Below the pieces are notes generated by a model. It worked only from the letters and a program-made list of their open reading frames with translations, was not told the DNA's origin and did not search any database. Shown here piece by piece: positions 63,880 through 64,000 of a stretch of 64,000 nt of DNA. Numbering within the stretch: position 1 is the first letter of the stretch; every line of letters begins with the position of its first letter. Position numbers and translations under genes: made by a program. The stretch spans positions 2,520,158 through 2,584,157 of the forward strand of contig MU058781.1 in assembly GCA_013265495.1 (NCBI GenBank), written 5' to 3'. The stretch comes from Vicugna vicugna. Its lineage: Eukaryota.

Positions 63880-64000
63880 ATATAAATCAAATGAAGAGTA
63901 TGTATATGTCCGAGGCAGGGGAAGAGGAAAGTACATTTGTGAAGAATGCGGAATCCGTTGTAAGAAACCTAGTATGTTAAAGAAACACATACGAACCCAT
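63880..64000 (+). CDS. HIVEP1: HIVEP1 coding exon (human exon 6 equivalent, cut by the window end), start of the C-terminal C2H2 pair
   Basis: Acceptor ttaaattAG (63878-63879), then A TAT AAA... = [40 protein letters not shown]. Confidence 0.96.

Noticed and set aside
1..64000. CRISPR arrays, tRNA/rRNA/snRNA genes, retrogenes or prokaryotic-type systems
   Set aside because: No regularly spaced repeat-spacer arrays, structured RNA gene signatures or operon-like ORFs were seen. The window is explained by HIVEP1 exons, introns and ordinary eutherian repeats.

Overview
Mammalian genomic DNA covering the middle of HIVEP1 (ZNF40/MBP-1/PRDII-BF1/Schnurri-1) on the + strand. Four coding exons splice in frame: a 54-nt exon (30630-30683), a giant ~5.9-kb exon (53964-59864, interrupted by a 236-N gap), a 134-nt exon (63068-63201) and the start of the next exon (63880 to the window end). 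Exon numbers follow the human gene from memory. The start-codon exon lies upstream of the window. The rest is intron, filled with old eutherian repeats (L1M, L2, MIR, MER20, MER58, MER5, MLT1) and one younger L1 3' fragment that resembles camelid L1. I see no new biological system here. The most notable signals are a sharply local ~80% GC, CpG-dense rewrite of the 5' part of the giant exon (with a (CCG)8 poly-Pro tract), a GC-AG intron, small in-frame duplications, and candidate short linear motifs in the protein. Repeat boundaries and family names are by-eye estimates.
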